Shown here: positions 1-8,693 of the stretch, in pieces
How positions within the stretch are numbered: position 1 is the first letter of the stretch
Layout: each line of letters starts with the position of its first letter
Assembly (NCBI GenBank): GCA_964560635.1
Contig: CAZLND010000001.1
Span: forward strand, 1 to 35,718
Source: an uncultured bacterium
GTDB taxonomy: Bacteria; Oederibacteriota; Muellerivitia; Muellerivitales; Muellerivitaceae
Length of the DNA stretch: 35,718 nt
Direction: 5' to 3'
The notes under the pieces: generated by a model
What the model was told of the DNA's origin: nothing
Databases searched by the model: none
What the model saw: the letters and a program-made list of their open reading frames with translations, nothing else
Translations under genes and position numbers: made by a program

Positions 1-1635
1 CTTGGTATTGGCTTTTTGCTGGAAATGGAGCAGGAGGAACACTCCCCCGACCAGCAGGTACATCAAGCCGAACCGGGGGGAAATGGCGTTCCCAAAGCCG
101 TTCTGAACGCCCGTGTCGGTCAGGCGATAGGCGTGGATGAGCCCGATGAAAGAAAAGGCCGAAGCGGTAAAGACCCACCAGGCAGCCTTCAAGAACTTGC
201 GTTCGATGAGGAAGACCATGATGGCGGCGAAGATCATGGAGATCAAGAGGGAACCTTGGTTGAGCGCGATGATTCCACGGATAAAGAAGTTCTCACCCGT
301 CAATTTATCGACCATGGCCAGGGTGAGGGGCGCGCCCGCCACCCTCAAAGCGGTTTCGATGAGGTAATAACAATAGGCCGCGAAGGCGGGGATGAGGCCG
401 AAGGCCACCGCCAGGGAATGTTCCTTGGGGATCTCCATGAAGGCCTGGGCCGTGATGATGATGGCGATCCATAGCAAGATGCCGAAGATGCATTCCCTCG
501 GGACGATCTTCAAGAACAAGGTCACTCCCCCGGTCATGCACAATAAGGTGATGAGGGCGCCGTTGAGGATGGAATAGCCGTGCCGGGCCCCCATGGCTTT
601 CCAGCCCGGGTGGCCGATGTAAATGGTGGTGGGGAAGGGGCTGCCGAGGAAACAAGCCAACAAGGTGGCGAAACCGTTCCATAAAAGGGAAGGCTTGGTC
701 TCATAGCGGTCCCCGCCTGCCTCGGCGCTTTCCAGGTTCTGAAGGGAACCGATGACGTTGAAAAGACCCATCGGGAAGATGACCGCCAGGTATTTCCACC
801 CCGAACTGGTCAGCATCGAAAAGAGGTCGCCGACGACCGGTTTGGGGGGATAGAAGGACCAGTTGATGGGGTCGGTGGAAATGTTGGAGATGACAAAGGT
901 GGGATTGATGCCGTGGAAAGTCCAATAAAGCACCGTACCCACGACAACGGCCAGGAACCCGCCGGGCAGGGAGAGGGGCCACTTCAAACGCGCGCCATAG
1001 GAAACGAGGATAAGGAAAGTCGGCAGGATGCCGATGAGGGGGTTGGCGAAGATCTGGAAGATGAAGTCCATGGCGATGAAGGTGATGGCGATTCCCGCCA
1101 AGGCGCAAAGCAGGGCCGCCCGGGGCGTATGCTTCCGGAGCCAGTCGCCCACATAAGCGCCGCCGATCTCCATGATCCCATTCAAGAGGCAAGCCAACAG
1201 CCCGGCCTGCCAAGCCAGTTTGTAATTGCCCGTCTCCCTATAGATGGGGGCCATGATGAGCACAATGAAGGCGATGAGGCTGGGGGTGTTGATGCCGAAG
1301 GGCAGGGCTGTGATGTCGGTCCTTTTGGTCCTTTGGGCCAGTTGACGGGCCTGCCAAGCGTAGAAGAAATTCCCCAAGAGGATGGAAAGGGCGGCCCCGG
1401 GAAGGACCTGGCCTGTGATGAACTCGGTGGGAAAACCGCAGAAGGTCTTGCAAAGGAAACCGATGAGCATCAATTGAAGCAGGTTGTCGATGAAGAGGCC
1501 GAAAAAGCCGTCCAGGTCGCCCTTGGTGAACCAGGGAAGGGAACGGGAATTGTGATGCAGGTAGAGGCGGTAGTAATAGGAAGGCGGCCTGATCCACCGC
1601 GGCAGGTCTTTCAAAAAGGCCAGGGTTTTTTGCAT
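1..1635 (-). CDS. Polytopic membrane permease, NCS2/AzgA-like (xanthine/uracil permease superfamily); C-terminus runs off the window
   Basis: This gene is absent from the ORF track because it is open to position 1. My translation of the minus strand from ATG 1635-1633 reads MQKTLAFLKDLPRW...FTKGDLDGFFGLFIDNLLQL...GSLQNLESAEAGGDRYETKPSLLWNGFATLLACFLGSPFPTTIYIGHPGW... for 545 codons with no stop. It contains many hydrophobic helices and C/G-rich third positions. The listed + strand ORFs 16..474 and 913..1785 are its acidic antisense shadows. The family assignment is from recollection of motifs only. Confidence 0.8.
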   Translation of the reverse strand, partial: MQKTLAFLKDLPRWIRPPSYYYRLYLHHNSRSLPWFTKGDLDGFFGLFIDNLLQLMLIGFLCKTFCGFPTEFITGQVLPGAALSILLGNFFYAWQARQLAQRTKRTDITALPFGINTPSLIAFIVLIMAPIYRETGNYKLAWQAGLLACLLNGIMEIGGAYVGDWLRKHTPRAALLCALAGIAITFIAMDFIFQIFANPLIGILPTFLILVSYGARLKWPLSLPGGFLAVVVGTVLYWTFHGINPTFVISNISTDPINWSFYPPKPVVGDLFSMLTSSGWKYLAVIFPMGLFNVIGSLQNLESAEAGGDRYETKPSLLWNGFATLLACFLGSPFPTTIYIGHPGWKAMGARHGYSILNGALITLLCMTGGVTLFLKIVPRECIFGILLWIAIIITAQAFMEIPKEHSLAVAFGLIPAFAAYCYYLIETALRVAGAPLTLAMVDKLTGENFFIRGIIALNQGSLLISMIFAAIMVFLIERKFLKAAWWVFTASAFSFIGLIHAYRLTDTGVQNGFGNAISPRFGLMYLLVGGVFLLLHFQQKANTK

Positions 1636-1824
1636 AGGAAAAGACTAAACGGGGGTGCGGGGTGGGTCAAGGGTTTTTATGGGTCATCGTCGGGAGTCTT
1701 TCGTTGGACCGGTTCAACCGAGTTGCTTCGAAAGGCCCCGCTGCCTTTGCCGGTTTTTTCCCCCCAAAAGTCATTGTTGAGGTGATAGTTCTTGTAACGT
1801 CTCGGAAAAAAAGGGGAATGGGTA

Positions 1825-1861
1825 TTGACAGTAAACCTGATAATCAGTACAACTGATTATC
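1825..1861 (+). promoter_or_regulatory. Candidate promoter (-35 TTGACA 1825-1830, weak -10 TACAAC 1848-1853) overlapped by a perfect 10-3-10 inverted repeat GATAATCAGT-ACA-ACTGATTATC (1839-1861), a likely MarR operator
   Basis: Read directly from the sequence, 27 bp upstream of the marR-like start. MarR-family dimers typically bind palindromes that overlap their own promoters. Confidence 0.5.
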
Positions 1862-1887
1862 CCTAAGGGTGAGTTTAAGGAGCGGAA

Positions 1888-2385
1888 ATGACGGCCAAAA
1901 GCGTGAAAAAGAAAAAGGCAGGGAATGGGGTACCGGACCACGGCATTCCCCCGATCATACTGGAACGGATGGGCTTCCTGCTCAACCGAGCCGCCTTGAA
2001 ACAAAGGGAAATGGTCGAGGAGGCCTTGAAGCCCTACGGGCTCATCGGCAAGCACTTGGGTATCCTGCTCCTGATCCAAGAGAAGGGCGCGCTGCCCCAG
2101 ATGGAAGTGGGGAAATGCATGTACATCGACCGCACCACCATGGTGAACATGATTGATGATCTGGAAAAGCTGGGCTATGTGGAGCGCAAGGCCCATCCCA
2201 CGGACCGCCGGGCCCACGCCCTTTACTTGACTGCCAAGGGGCGAGAATTGCTTCCTAAGCTGTACCAGTTGGGGATCAAGGCCGAAAAGAAGCTCTTGGC
2301 GCCCCTGTCGTCGAACGACCGAACCGATTTAAGCCGTATCCTGCGCGAATTGGTGCTGGCACATCATATCGCGCCGATGAAATGA
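1888..2385 (+). CDS. marR: MarR-family transcriptional regulator
   Basis: 165-aa ORF with a winged-helix block, LLLIQEKGALPQMEVGKCMYIDRTTMVNMIDDLEKLGYVERKAHPTDRRAHALYLTAKG, typical of MarR. AGGAG lies upstream of the ATG. Confidence 0.9.
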   Translation: MTAKSVKKKKAGNGVPDHGIPPIILERMGFLLNRAALKQREMVEEALKPYGLIGKHLGILLLIQEKGALPQMEVGKCMYIDRTTMVNMIDDLEKLGYVERKAHPTDRRAHALYLTAKGRELLPKLYQLGIKAEKKLLAPLSSNDRTDLSRILRELVLAHHIAPMK

Positions 2386-2396
2386 GGGGAGAGACC

Positions 2397-3776
2397 ATGA
2401 GGCGACTTCAATGGATGAGTGCGGCCCTTTTGTGGGTGGCCGCCGGTTTTATCTACGCGCAGGACAAGACACCGACCAGCAGTTCAACCGCTCTCACGTT
2501 GGAGCAAGCCCAAAAGGAAGCTTTGGAACATTCACCCGAATACCATCAGGCCTTGAGCAGGGAAAAGGAAACGAGTTGGGGACAGGTAGAAGCCGTCTCC
2601 GAGGGGTTCCTGCCGCATATCTCCCTGGGAGCCCAGCATTTTTTCAATAACGAGCTCTTCAGTAATACCAGCTACAATTACACCGATATCACTGTCAAAT
2701 TCCCCGGTGCGCCCGATTTCATCACCTTCCCGGGCATCTATCCCAACACTACCCTGACTTTGGGTGCCCAGTACGACCTCTTCGACGGGTTCAAGAACAT
2801 TCATAAGCTCGACGCGGCTAACAATCGGCACGAGGCCACTAGGATATTGGCCGACCTGTCACTGCTCCAATTGGGAGAGCTCGTCCGGCTTAATTTCTAT
2901 GAAGCCTTGGCCGCCAAACTTCTGTCCGACCAAGCGGACCAGAAGGTGAAGACCTTGGAAGACCACCTTCGCATCGCCCAGGACCGGTTGGATAATGGTC
3001 AGGCCACCAAGTACGACGTACTGACGGTGGAGGTGAAACTTTCCGAGGCCAAGTCTGAACAGATCTCCCAGCATGACAATGTGGTCCTCGCCCGGGAAAG
3101 CCTCACGCGGGTCATGGGTCTCCAGATCGACGACCGTACCTTGGGAGGCGACCTTCCGGTGCTGGAAGCCGACAGCATCCTCAAAGAAGTCGCCCAGGCG
3201 GACCTGACCAACAGTCCCCAGCTCAAGGCCGAGCATCTGCTGGCCCTAGCGGCGTCGGACATGAGTGCCTCGGCCAACGCTTTCTGGTTCCCCCGCATTT
3301 CCTTGATGGGGCAATACCAGTGGTACCAAAGCCCTACCTACGATGGGGATTTCCATTACAACGACCTTGGTTTCCAGAACGATTATTTCGTCGGGGCCAC
3401 GGCCAGCTGGGACCTCTTGGATGGAGGTCTTTCGCTGGCCAAGGCCAACGAGGCCGATGAAAGGGCCCACCAAGCCAGCGCCGAGGATAAGGCCACCCAA
3501 CTGCAGACACCTTACGATTTCGACCTATGGAAGAGGAAGTTGACCTCAAGCGCGGCGCTTTACAGAGCGAAGCTGACGGATGTGGAGACGGCCAAGGAAA
3601 GCGCCCGGTTAGCCACGGTGGGGTTCAAAGCGGGTACCCGCACCACCACCGATGTGCTGGAGTCGGAGTTGGAAGAATATAGGGCCTCGACCGACCTGGT
3701 CCAAGCCCAACTGGGCGCGCTGGAAGCTTTGATCCATCTGGAACTTTTGACAGGAAAGAGGTTGAGCCATGACTAA
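2397..3776 (+). CDS. TolC-family outer-membrane efflux protein
   Basis: Signal peptide MRRLQWMSAALLWVAAGFIYAQD, followed by two coiled-coil/beta repeats with TolC-like signatures (LTLEQAQKEALEHSPEY, ATKYDVLTVEVKL, GTRTTTDVLESELEEY). I prefer ATG 2397 (GGGGAGAG Shine-Dalgarno) over the track start at 2382. Confidence 0.85.
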   Translation: MRRLQWMSAALLWVAAGFIYAQDKTPTSSSTALTLEQAQKEALEHSPEYHQALSREKETSWGQVEAVSEGFLPHISLGAQHFFNNELFSNTSYNYTDITVKFPGAPDFITFPGIYPNTTLTLGAQYDLFDGFKNIHKLDAANNRHEATRILADLSLLQLGELVRLNFYEALAAKLLSDQADQKVKTLEDHLRIAQDRLDNGQATKYDVLTVEVKLSEAKSEQISQHDNVVLARESLTRVMGLQIDDRTLGGDLPVLEADSILKEVAQADLTNSPQLKAEHLLALAASDMSASANAFWFPRISLMGQYQWYQSPTYDGDFHYNDLGFQNDYFVGATASWDLLDGGLSLAKANEADERAHQASAEDKATQLQTPYDFDLWKRKLTSSAALYRAKLTDVETAKESARLATVGFKAGTRTTTDVLESELEEYRASTDLVQAQLGALEALIHLELLTGKRLSHD

Positions 3777-4647
3777 GACCAATCCCGCCGCTCCAAACAA
3801 CGGCAAGAAGAAAAAGATCCTACTCATCGTTGGCGCGGTCGCCGCGGCCATCGCGGTGTTTTTCATCGTGAAGGGTTATCTCTACGAGGGAACGGATGAC
3901 GCCTATATACAGGCTCATGCCCTCATGCTAGCGCCCCGGGTGGGTGGCACGGTCACCAAGGTGCTGGTCAAGGAGAACGACAAGGTGAAGGCGGGACAGC
4001 TCCTGGCCCAATTGGACAATCAGGACTATTCCAATACTTACAACCAGACCATCGCCGACCAGGCTTCCGTGCAGGCCAATTTGGTGCAGGCCCAGCAAGA
4101 CTATGATCGAATTGCCAAGCTTTACAAGGACGAGGCGGTCTCCAAACAGCAATTGGACGTGGCTCTGGCCCGGTATCACAACCTATCCTCGCAATTGAAA
4201 GCCGACCAATCCAAGATCGACCAGGCCAAGTTGCAATTAAGTTATACCCAGATCACGGCACCGGAGGATGGGACTATCGCCAAGAAGTCCGTGGAAGAGG
4301 GAATGGTGGTGCCTCTTGGCCAGGCGCTCTTCGGGTTCGTTTCCTCCAAAGAACGCTGGGTCACGGCCAACTTTAAGGAAACCCAGATCAGCCGCATCAA
4401 GACCGGACAGAAGGTCTCGGTCGATGTGGACGCGGTCTCGGGTAAGTCTTTCGAAGGCGTGGTGGACAGCCTAGGGTCGGCCACCGGCTCCACTTTCACT
4501 TTGCTTCCGCCGGACAATTCCACCGGCAATTTCACCAAGGTGGTCCAGCGGGTGCCGGTGAAAATATCGCTCAAGAACATCACCGAACAAGATATCGACC
4601 GCCTGGCGGCGGGGCTTTCGGCCGTGGTTTCAGTGAAGGTGCACTAA
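3769..4647 (+). CDS. emrA: HlyD/EmrA-family membrane fusion protein
   Basis: N-terminal TM anchor, then the EmrA-like TDDAYIQAHALMLAPRVGGTVTKVLVKENDKVKAGQLLAQLD lipoyl-like motif, a coiled coil, and YTQITAPEDGTIA. Its start overlaps the upstream stop by 8 bp. Confidence 0.9.
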   Translation: MTKTNPAAPNNGKKKKILLIVGAVAAAIAVFFIVKGYLYEGTDDAYIQAHALMLAPRVGGTVTKVLVKENDKVKAGQLLAQLDNQDYSNTYNQTIADQASVQANLVQAQQDYDRIAKLYKDEAVSKQQLDVALARYHNLSSQLKADQSKIDQAKLQLSYTQITAPEDGTIAKKSVEEGMVVPLGQALFGFVSSKERWVTANFKETQISRIKTGQKVSVDVDAVSGKSFEGVVDSLGSATGSTFTLLPPDNSTGNFTKVVQRVPVKISLKNITEQDIDRLAAGLSAVVSVKVH

Positions 4648-4657
4648 ACCCAAAGCC

Positions 4658-4739
4658 AGCGCCAAGACGCGAAGACTCCAAGTAAGGCGCGGAGGGTTTC
4701 TTTAAAAATTATTTCTTGGCGTCTTGGAGTCTTGGCGCT
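4658..4739. repeat. Long intergenic hairpin (25-nt arms, 22/25 paired, 32-nt A/T-rich loop) between the emrA-like and emrB-like genes
   Basis: Left arm AGCGCCAAGACGCGAAGACTCCAAG (4658-4682) against right arm CTTGGCGTCTTGGAGTCTTGGCGCT (4715-4739), paired by hand. The arms are built from 8-nt units (CCAAGACG / CGAAGACT). Confidence 0.7.
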
Positions 4740-4765
4740 AGATGTGATCTTGAATGAGGTTTTAA

Positions 4766-6358
4766 ATGGCTGAGCCACAACCCCAAAAAGGCATTTCCCG
4801 CGCCGCGCTGATGGTGGTCATCACCGCCGGTTTGGCGTCCTTGCTCGAGATCGTGGATACCTCCATCGTCAATGTGGCCATTCCCACCATGATGGGCAAT
4901 CTGGGCGCGACCCTGGACGAGATCGGGTGGGTGGTCACCGGTTACATCATCTCCAACGCCATCGTTCTTCCCATCTCGGGTTGGCTGGGCACCAAGTTCG
5001 GCCGACGCCGTTATTACATCACATGCATCATGCTCTTCATCCTGACCTCGGTGGCCTGCGGGCTGGCACCCAACCTTTGGACCCTGGTCCTTTTCCGCGT
5101 TATCCAGGGGGCGGCGGGCGGGGCCCTATTGCCCACTTCCCAAGCCCTCATTCAGGAAGCTTTTCCAGGTCGGTCCGGCATTGGAAGCGCCCTCTACGGC
5201 ATGGTGGTCATCATCGGTCCAACTTTGGGTCCTCCCTTGGGCGGTTATCTCACCGACCATTTCGGCTGGCGCATGATCTTTAACATCAACCTGCCGCTGG
5301 GGCTTTTGGCGGTCTTTCTGGCTTCCCTTTACATTACCGACCACGCGGAGGATGGGGATCACGCCGCGGCTCACGCCAAAATGCGTACCGCGCCTGTGGA
5401 CACCATCGGGTTGTCGCTTCTTATCGTGGGGGTTGGTTGCCTGCAGTACGTCCTGGAACGGGGCGAGGCGGACGACTGGTTCTCCAACAAGCTCATCCTG
5501 CTTTTTACCTTGGTGGCGGCCTTCTGCATTCCCTTTTTCATCTGGTGGGAACTCAAGACCGAGCATCCCATCATGGACCTGCGGCTCTTCAAGAGCCCGG
5601 CCCTCATTAACGGCACCATCATGATGGCCTGCGTGGGGGGAATGCTTTACGGGCTCATCTTCTTCATCCCCATCTTTGCCTCGACCATTTTGGGAATGGA
5701 CGCGGGCCAAACGGGGAACCTCTTCACGCCCGGGGCTTTCGTGGCGGGCCTTATGATGCCGATCATCGGGAGCCAGCTTCAAAAGGGGGATCCCCGTCTT
5801 TTCATGACCTGGGGGATCTGTTGTGTGGTCTTCGCTCTTTATTTGCTCACGAGCTTCAGTGCCCAATCCACTTACTGGGACCTCTTCTGGCCCCTTCTTA
5901 TTCGCGGGTTGGGCATGGCGGCACTTTTCATTCCCGTCAACGCGGTTGTGTTAGGGGGATTCAAAGGACCGGCATTGGGACAGGCGGCGGGCCTCATGAA
6001 CCTTGCCCGGCAATTGGGCGGCAGTTTGGGTATCGCCCTCTTGTCCACCATGTTCAGCAAGGCAAACCAAGCGGCCTATGAGCACCTGCGCCAATACATC
6101 AGTCCCTTGAGCATGGGTTTCAGCCAGTGGGCCCAAGGCGCCAAGGGCCTAGCCTTCCGGTTCTCGAACGAGATCGGGATGTACAACCCTGACACCCTTG
6201 TCATCAAGGAAGCTTATTTCCGGGTGAAGCGACAGGCCTTCGTCATGGCCTTCGACCAAATGGCTTGGGTGATGGTGTTTGGGTTCCTCGTGGCCGGCAT
6301 CCCCATTTACTTCATGAAGAAACCCACCCAAATGGGCAATCCCGCGGACGCGCATTGA
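4766..6358 (+). CDS. emrB: MFS DHA2-family (EmrB/QacA, 14-TM) multidrug efflux transporter
   Basis: 530 aa. Contains LEIVDTSIVNVAIPTMMGNLGATLDEIGWVVTGYIISNAIVLPISGWLGTKFGRRRYY and FRVIQGAAGGALLP motifs characteristic of EmrB-type pumps. Confidence 0.9.
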   Translation: MAEPQPQKGISRAALMVVITAGLASLLEIVDTSIVNVAIPTMMGNLGATLDEIGWVVTGYIISNAIVLPISGWLGTKFGRRRYYITCIMLFILTSVACGLAPNLWTLVLFRVIQGAAGGALLPTSQALIQEAFPGRSGIGSALYGMVVIIGPTLGPPLGGYLTDHFGWRMIFNINLPLGLLAVFLASLYITDHAEDGDHAAAHAKMRTAPVDTIGLSLLIVGVGCLQYVLERGEADDWFSNKLILLFTLVAAFCIPFFIWWELKTEHPIMDLRLFKSPALINGTIMMACVGGMLYGLIFFIPIFASTILGMDAGQTGNLFTPGAFVAGLMMPIIGSQLQKGDPRLFMTWGICCVVFALYLLTSFSAQSTYWDLFWPLLIRGLGMAALFIPVNAVVLGGFKGPALGQAAGLMNLARQLGGSLGIALLSTMFSKANQAAYEHLRQYISPLSMGFSQWAQGAKGLAFRFSNEIGMYNPDTLVIKEAYFRVKRQAFVMAFDQMAWVMVFGFLVAGIPIYFMKKPTQMGNPADAH

Positions 6359-6369
6359 CCTTTAAAATT

Positions 6370-6744
6370 TCAGGGACAAGTAACGACGATGAAACTGCAA
6401 TTCGCTCCTTGATTCAGCCTGGAGACATACAGATCCCCCGATGAAACCTTGACGGTGCAGGTCGTTGAAGTTCCACTTTGAAAACTGCAGTTCGAACCGC
6501 CGCAAGCACCGCCATCGGTGCTGAAATTGATCGTGTGGTCACCAACGGAAGCTGGCGGAAAATTGTAAGAACCGCCGGCTCCGACGGAAGCGGCGCTCCC
6601 TCCATCCAAGCTCGCGTTCACGGCGCATCCGCATTGGTTACTGACCTGGATGGTCCCAGTGGAAGCTGGGGAAAAGAGACCACAGCCCGTTGTCAGGGCA
6701 AGCGAGCCGACGAACAGAATCGATAAAAGGACATAGGGTTTCAT
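6370..6744 (-). CDS. Small Cys-rich lipoprotein, hypothetical
   Basis: Real start is MKPYVLLSILFVGSLALTTGC (signal peptide plus lipobox-like TTGC) at 6744. The mature part is Gly/Ser/Thr-rich with 8 further Cys. The track ORF 6370..6972 carries a non-coding-looking Arg/Pro-rich extension that would overlap the next gene. Confidence 0.7.
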   Translation of the reverse strand: MKPYVLLSILFVGSLALTTGCGLFSPASTGTIQVSNQCGCAVNASLDGGSAASVGAGGSYNFPPASVGDHTINFSTDGGACGGSNCSFQSGTSTTCTVKVSSGDLYVSRLNQGANCSFIVVTCP

Positions 6745-6787
6745 GGTCCTTATTGGACGACCTAAGACATGAAAAAGGGTCGCCTCA

Positions 6788-7621
6788 TCAGCTGAATTCC
6801 ACGCAGCGCATGGAGAGGGTGCCGTACTCGAAACCCTCGTGCGGATAGCGGACCTGGGGTTTGCCGTCCTTGCCCGCGGCGGCCGCGGCCACCAAGAGAG
6901 GCGTGTAGTGGTCGTCGGTGGGATGGGCCATCTTGGCCTGGGGCGCCTGTTTCTGATAATCAGCCAGGGCATTCAAGTCGAAGCGGTCCAAATTTTTCCT
7001 GCACCAAACGTCAAAATCCTTCGCCCAAGGTTCTGCCGAACCGTAACGATCCCCGAAATTCAGTATCCTTAAGTTGTGGGTGATATTCCCGCTTCCCAAG
7101 ATGAAAACCCCTTTGGACCTTAACGGCGCTAGCGCGTGACCCAAGGCCAGGTGCTCATTCATGGGAACGTTGGTCCCGATGGAGATCTGAAGGATCGGGA
7201 TGTCGGCACGGGGGAACATGTGCATCAAGGGCACCCAAGCGCCATGGTCCAAGCCTCGGTTCGAGTTGGTACCCGCCTTCAAGCCTAGATGGTCCAAGAG
7301 ATGCAAAAGTTCCTTCGCTAATTTAGGCGCGGGCGGGGCGGGGTACTCCACCTCATATAGTTCTTGGGGAAAACCATAAAAGTCATAGGTCAGGGGTACA
7401 GCGTTCAATGGTCCCAAGTGGGGGGGCTTCTGGAGCCAATGGGCGGAGACCACCAAGATGGCTTTGGGTTTGGGGAGGGAGTCCCCCCATTCCTTCCAAG
7501 CCCGCGATAGGGAACTGTCTTTTTCCAGGCCGACGGTGGGCGCGCCATGGCCGACGAATCCCACGGGCATGAGGGAACCTTGTTCCGTGTATTCTTTGGG
7601 TTCTTGCGCGGGGCGGGCCAT
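6788..7621 (-). CDS. ygiD: Class III extradiol dioxygenase, 4,5-DOPA dioxygenase (YgiD/LigB) family
   Basis: PVGFVGHGAPTVGLE, ILVVSAHW, YDFYGFPQELY, GLDHGAWVPLMHMFP and AHPTDDHYTPLL motifs match the YgiD family. I chose ATG 7621 (AAGGAGAAGG upstream) rather than 7642. Confidence 0.85.
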   Translation of the reverse strand: MARPAQEPKEYTEQGSLMPVGFVGHGAPTVGLEKDSSLSRAWKEWGDSLPKPKAILVVSAHWLQKPPHLGPLNAVPLTYDFYGFPQELYEVEYPAPPAPKLAKELLHLLDHLGLKAGTNSNRGLDHGAWVPLMHMFPRADIPILQISIGTNVPMNEHLALGHALAPLRSKGVFILGSGNITHNLRILNFGDRYGSAEPWAKDFDVWCRKNLDRFDLNALADYQKQAPQAKMAHPTDDHYTPLLVAAAAAGKDGKPQVRYPHEGFEYGTLSMRCVEFS

Positions 7622-7829
7622 ATCCTTCTCCTTTGTCCTCAAGATATGTTTTTTCCTGAAAAAGGAAAGGTTTGTTTGGGAAGGGCGGAAAAAAGCCTGT
7701 TACCGAAGGGTAATGGGCGATAAGCTCCAAAAAGGTTGAAAGGTTTTAATAACCTTGGCTTTATGGGCTTTCGGTTCGAGACAGGCTGGGCTATCCTATT
7801 TTCGGTTCTGAAAGACCAAGCGAGGTCCC

Positions 7830-8129
7830 ATGCTGGACGACGAAGACCAGAAACATCTCAAGATCATCATCAAATTAAAGGTGACCATCCAAAAGGATGT
7901 GACCCAACGGTTCGGCCACGGCCGTCCCACTCAAAAGGGCGTGGAGTTGGTTCGCAAATACGCTCAAGAGCGGCTGGATCAATATATCGATGAGATGATG
8001 AAGGAATCGGAAGAATTGAAGGCCAAGTGGCAGTTCGGGCATCCGCTGATCATTTATTGCCATATCAGCTTGAAGACCCGCTCTTACGCCATTGAGATCA
8101 CGACCAAAGACAATCCCAAAGCGATGTGA
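7830..8129 (+). CDS. Hypothetical small cytoplasmic protein (99 aa)
   Basis: Clean ORF with C/G-biased third positions and GCGAGG upstream of the ATG. I recognise no family. Confidence 0.6.
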   Translation: MLDDEDQKHLKIIIKLKVTIQKDVTQRFGHGRPTQKGVELVRKYAQERLDQYIDEMMKESEELKAKWQFGHPLIIYCHISLKTRSYAIEITTKDNPKAM

Positions 8130-8132
8130 AGC

Positions 8133-8489
8133 TTAGTAGCGGGCTCCGGCCAAGGCAGGGCTTTGGAGGCCCTCCAGGGGGAGGCCGGCTTCGGCCCATT
8201 CTTGAACGCCACCCAAATAAGTTTCCGTATTGAACCCGCGTATCTTCAAGGCTTGGGCCGCGTTGGGACCGGCGGCGCAGATGATGTTCTCGCTGTAGGT
8301 GATGAAGAGTTTGTCTTTGCCGAAACGGTTCTCGACCTCTTGGGCGAACTCGTCGCGGTTCTGGGTCAGGGGAAGATGGACCGAGCCCTTGATATGGAGT
8401 TTCAGAAAATCGTCCTCGGAGAGAACGTTCAAGAGGACCACGTTCCGGGACTTCATTTTTTTAAGCAGCATTTCTTTCGTCAACGGCAT
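8133..8489 (-). CDS. Rhodanese-domain (sulfurtransferase-like) protein
   Basis: Single rhodanese fold pattern: VVLLNVLSEDDFLKLHIKGSVHLP ... active-site-loop-like CAAGPNAAQA ... GGVQEWAEAGLPLE. ATG 8489 is preceded by GGAGGA; the track start at 8507 is a TTG. Confidence 0.8.
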   Translation of the reverse strand: MPLTKEMLLKKMKSRNVVLLNVLSEDDFLKLHIKGSVHLPLTQNRDEFAQEVENRFGKDKLFITYSENIICAAGPNAAQALKIRGFNTETYLGGVQEWAEAGLPLEGLQSPALAGARY

Positions 8490-8693
8490 GACTTCCTCCA
8501 ACTTCAATTGGGTGTCAGGGAGTCACTTTAAGGTGCCGGGTTGTTAAAATTAAGCGGTTTGAAGGGTTATTTCGTTGTGACGTTTTCCTAGAGGGTGGTT
8601 TTTGCGGATGGAGAAATGAAAAGAACCTTTCCATCTCGATGAACGTCTATATTAGTGCCGATTAAAAGCCTTTAGTGGGACAGGGAGAGGAAA

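Noticed and set aside
16-1785. Track ORFs 16..474(+), 137..367(+), 913..1785(+), 305..682(-), 701..1213(-) and 1238..1597(-).
   Set aside because: All lie inside the 545-codon open minus-strand permease frame that I translated by hand. Their products are Asp/Glu/Gly/Arg/Pro/His-rich, which is typical of off-frame or antisense shadows in GC-rich DNA.
1636-1800. Possible purine riboswitch or other leader upstream of the nucleobase-type permease.
   Set aside because: I read the reverse complement of the 5' region and found none of the purine-riboswitch conserved loops or junction sequence. It contains only a small CGGTT-G-AACCG hairpin.
1833-1843. Shared 11-mer AAACCTGATAA at 1833-1843 and 18500-18510 (both upstream of genes) as a possible common operator.
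   Set aside because: With about 35 kb compared against itself, on the order of a hundred chance 11-mer matches are expected. The flanks do not extend the match.
6745-6972. N-terminal 76-aa extension of ORF 6370..6972(-).
   Set aside because: The extension is Arg/Pro/Thr-rich and non-coding in appearance, and it would overlap the 3' end of the dioxygenase gene. A perfect signal peptide plus lipobox starts at the internal Met (6744).
7765-7785. tRNA-like GGTTCGAG string.
   Set aside because: No acceptor, D or anticodon arms can be drawn around it. I found no tRNA, rRNA, tmRNA or SRP-like sequence in any gap.
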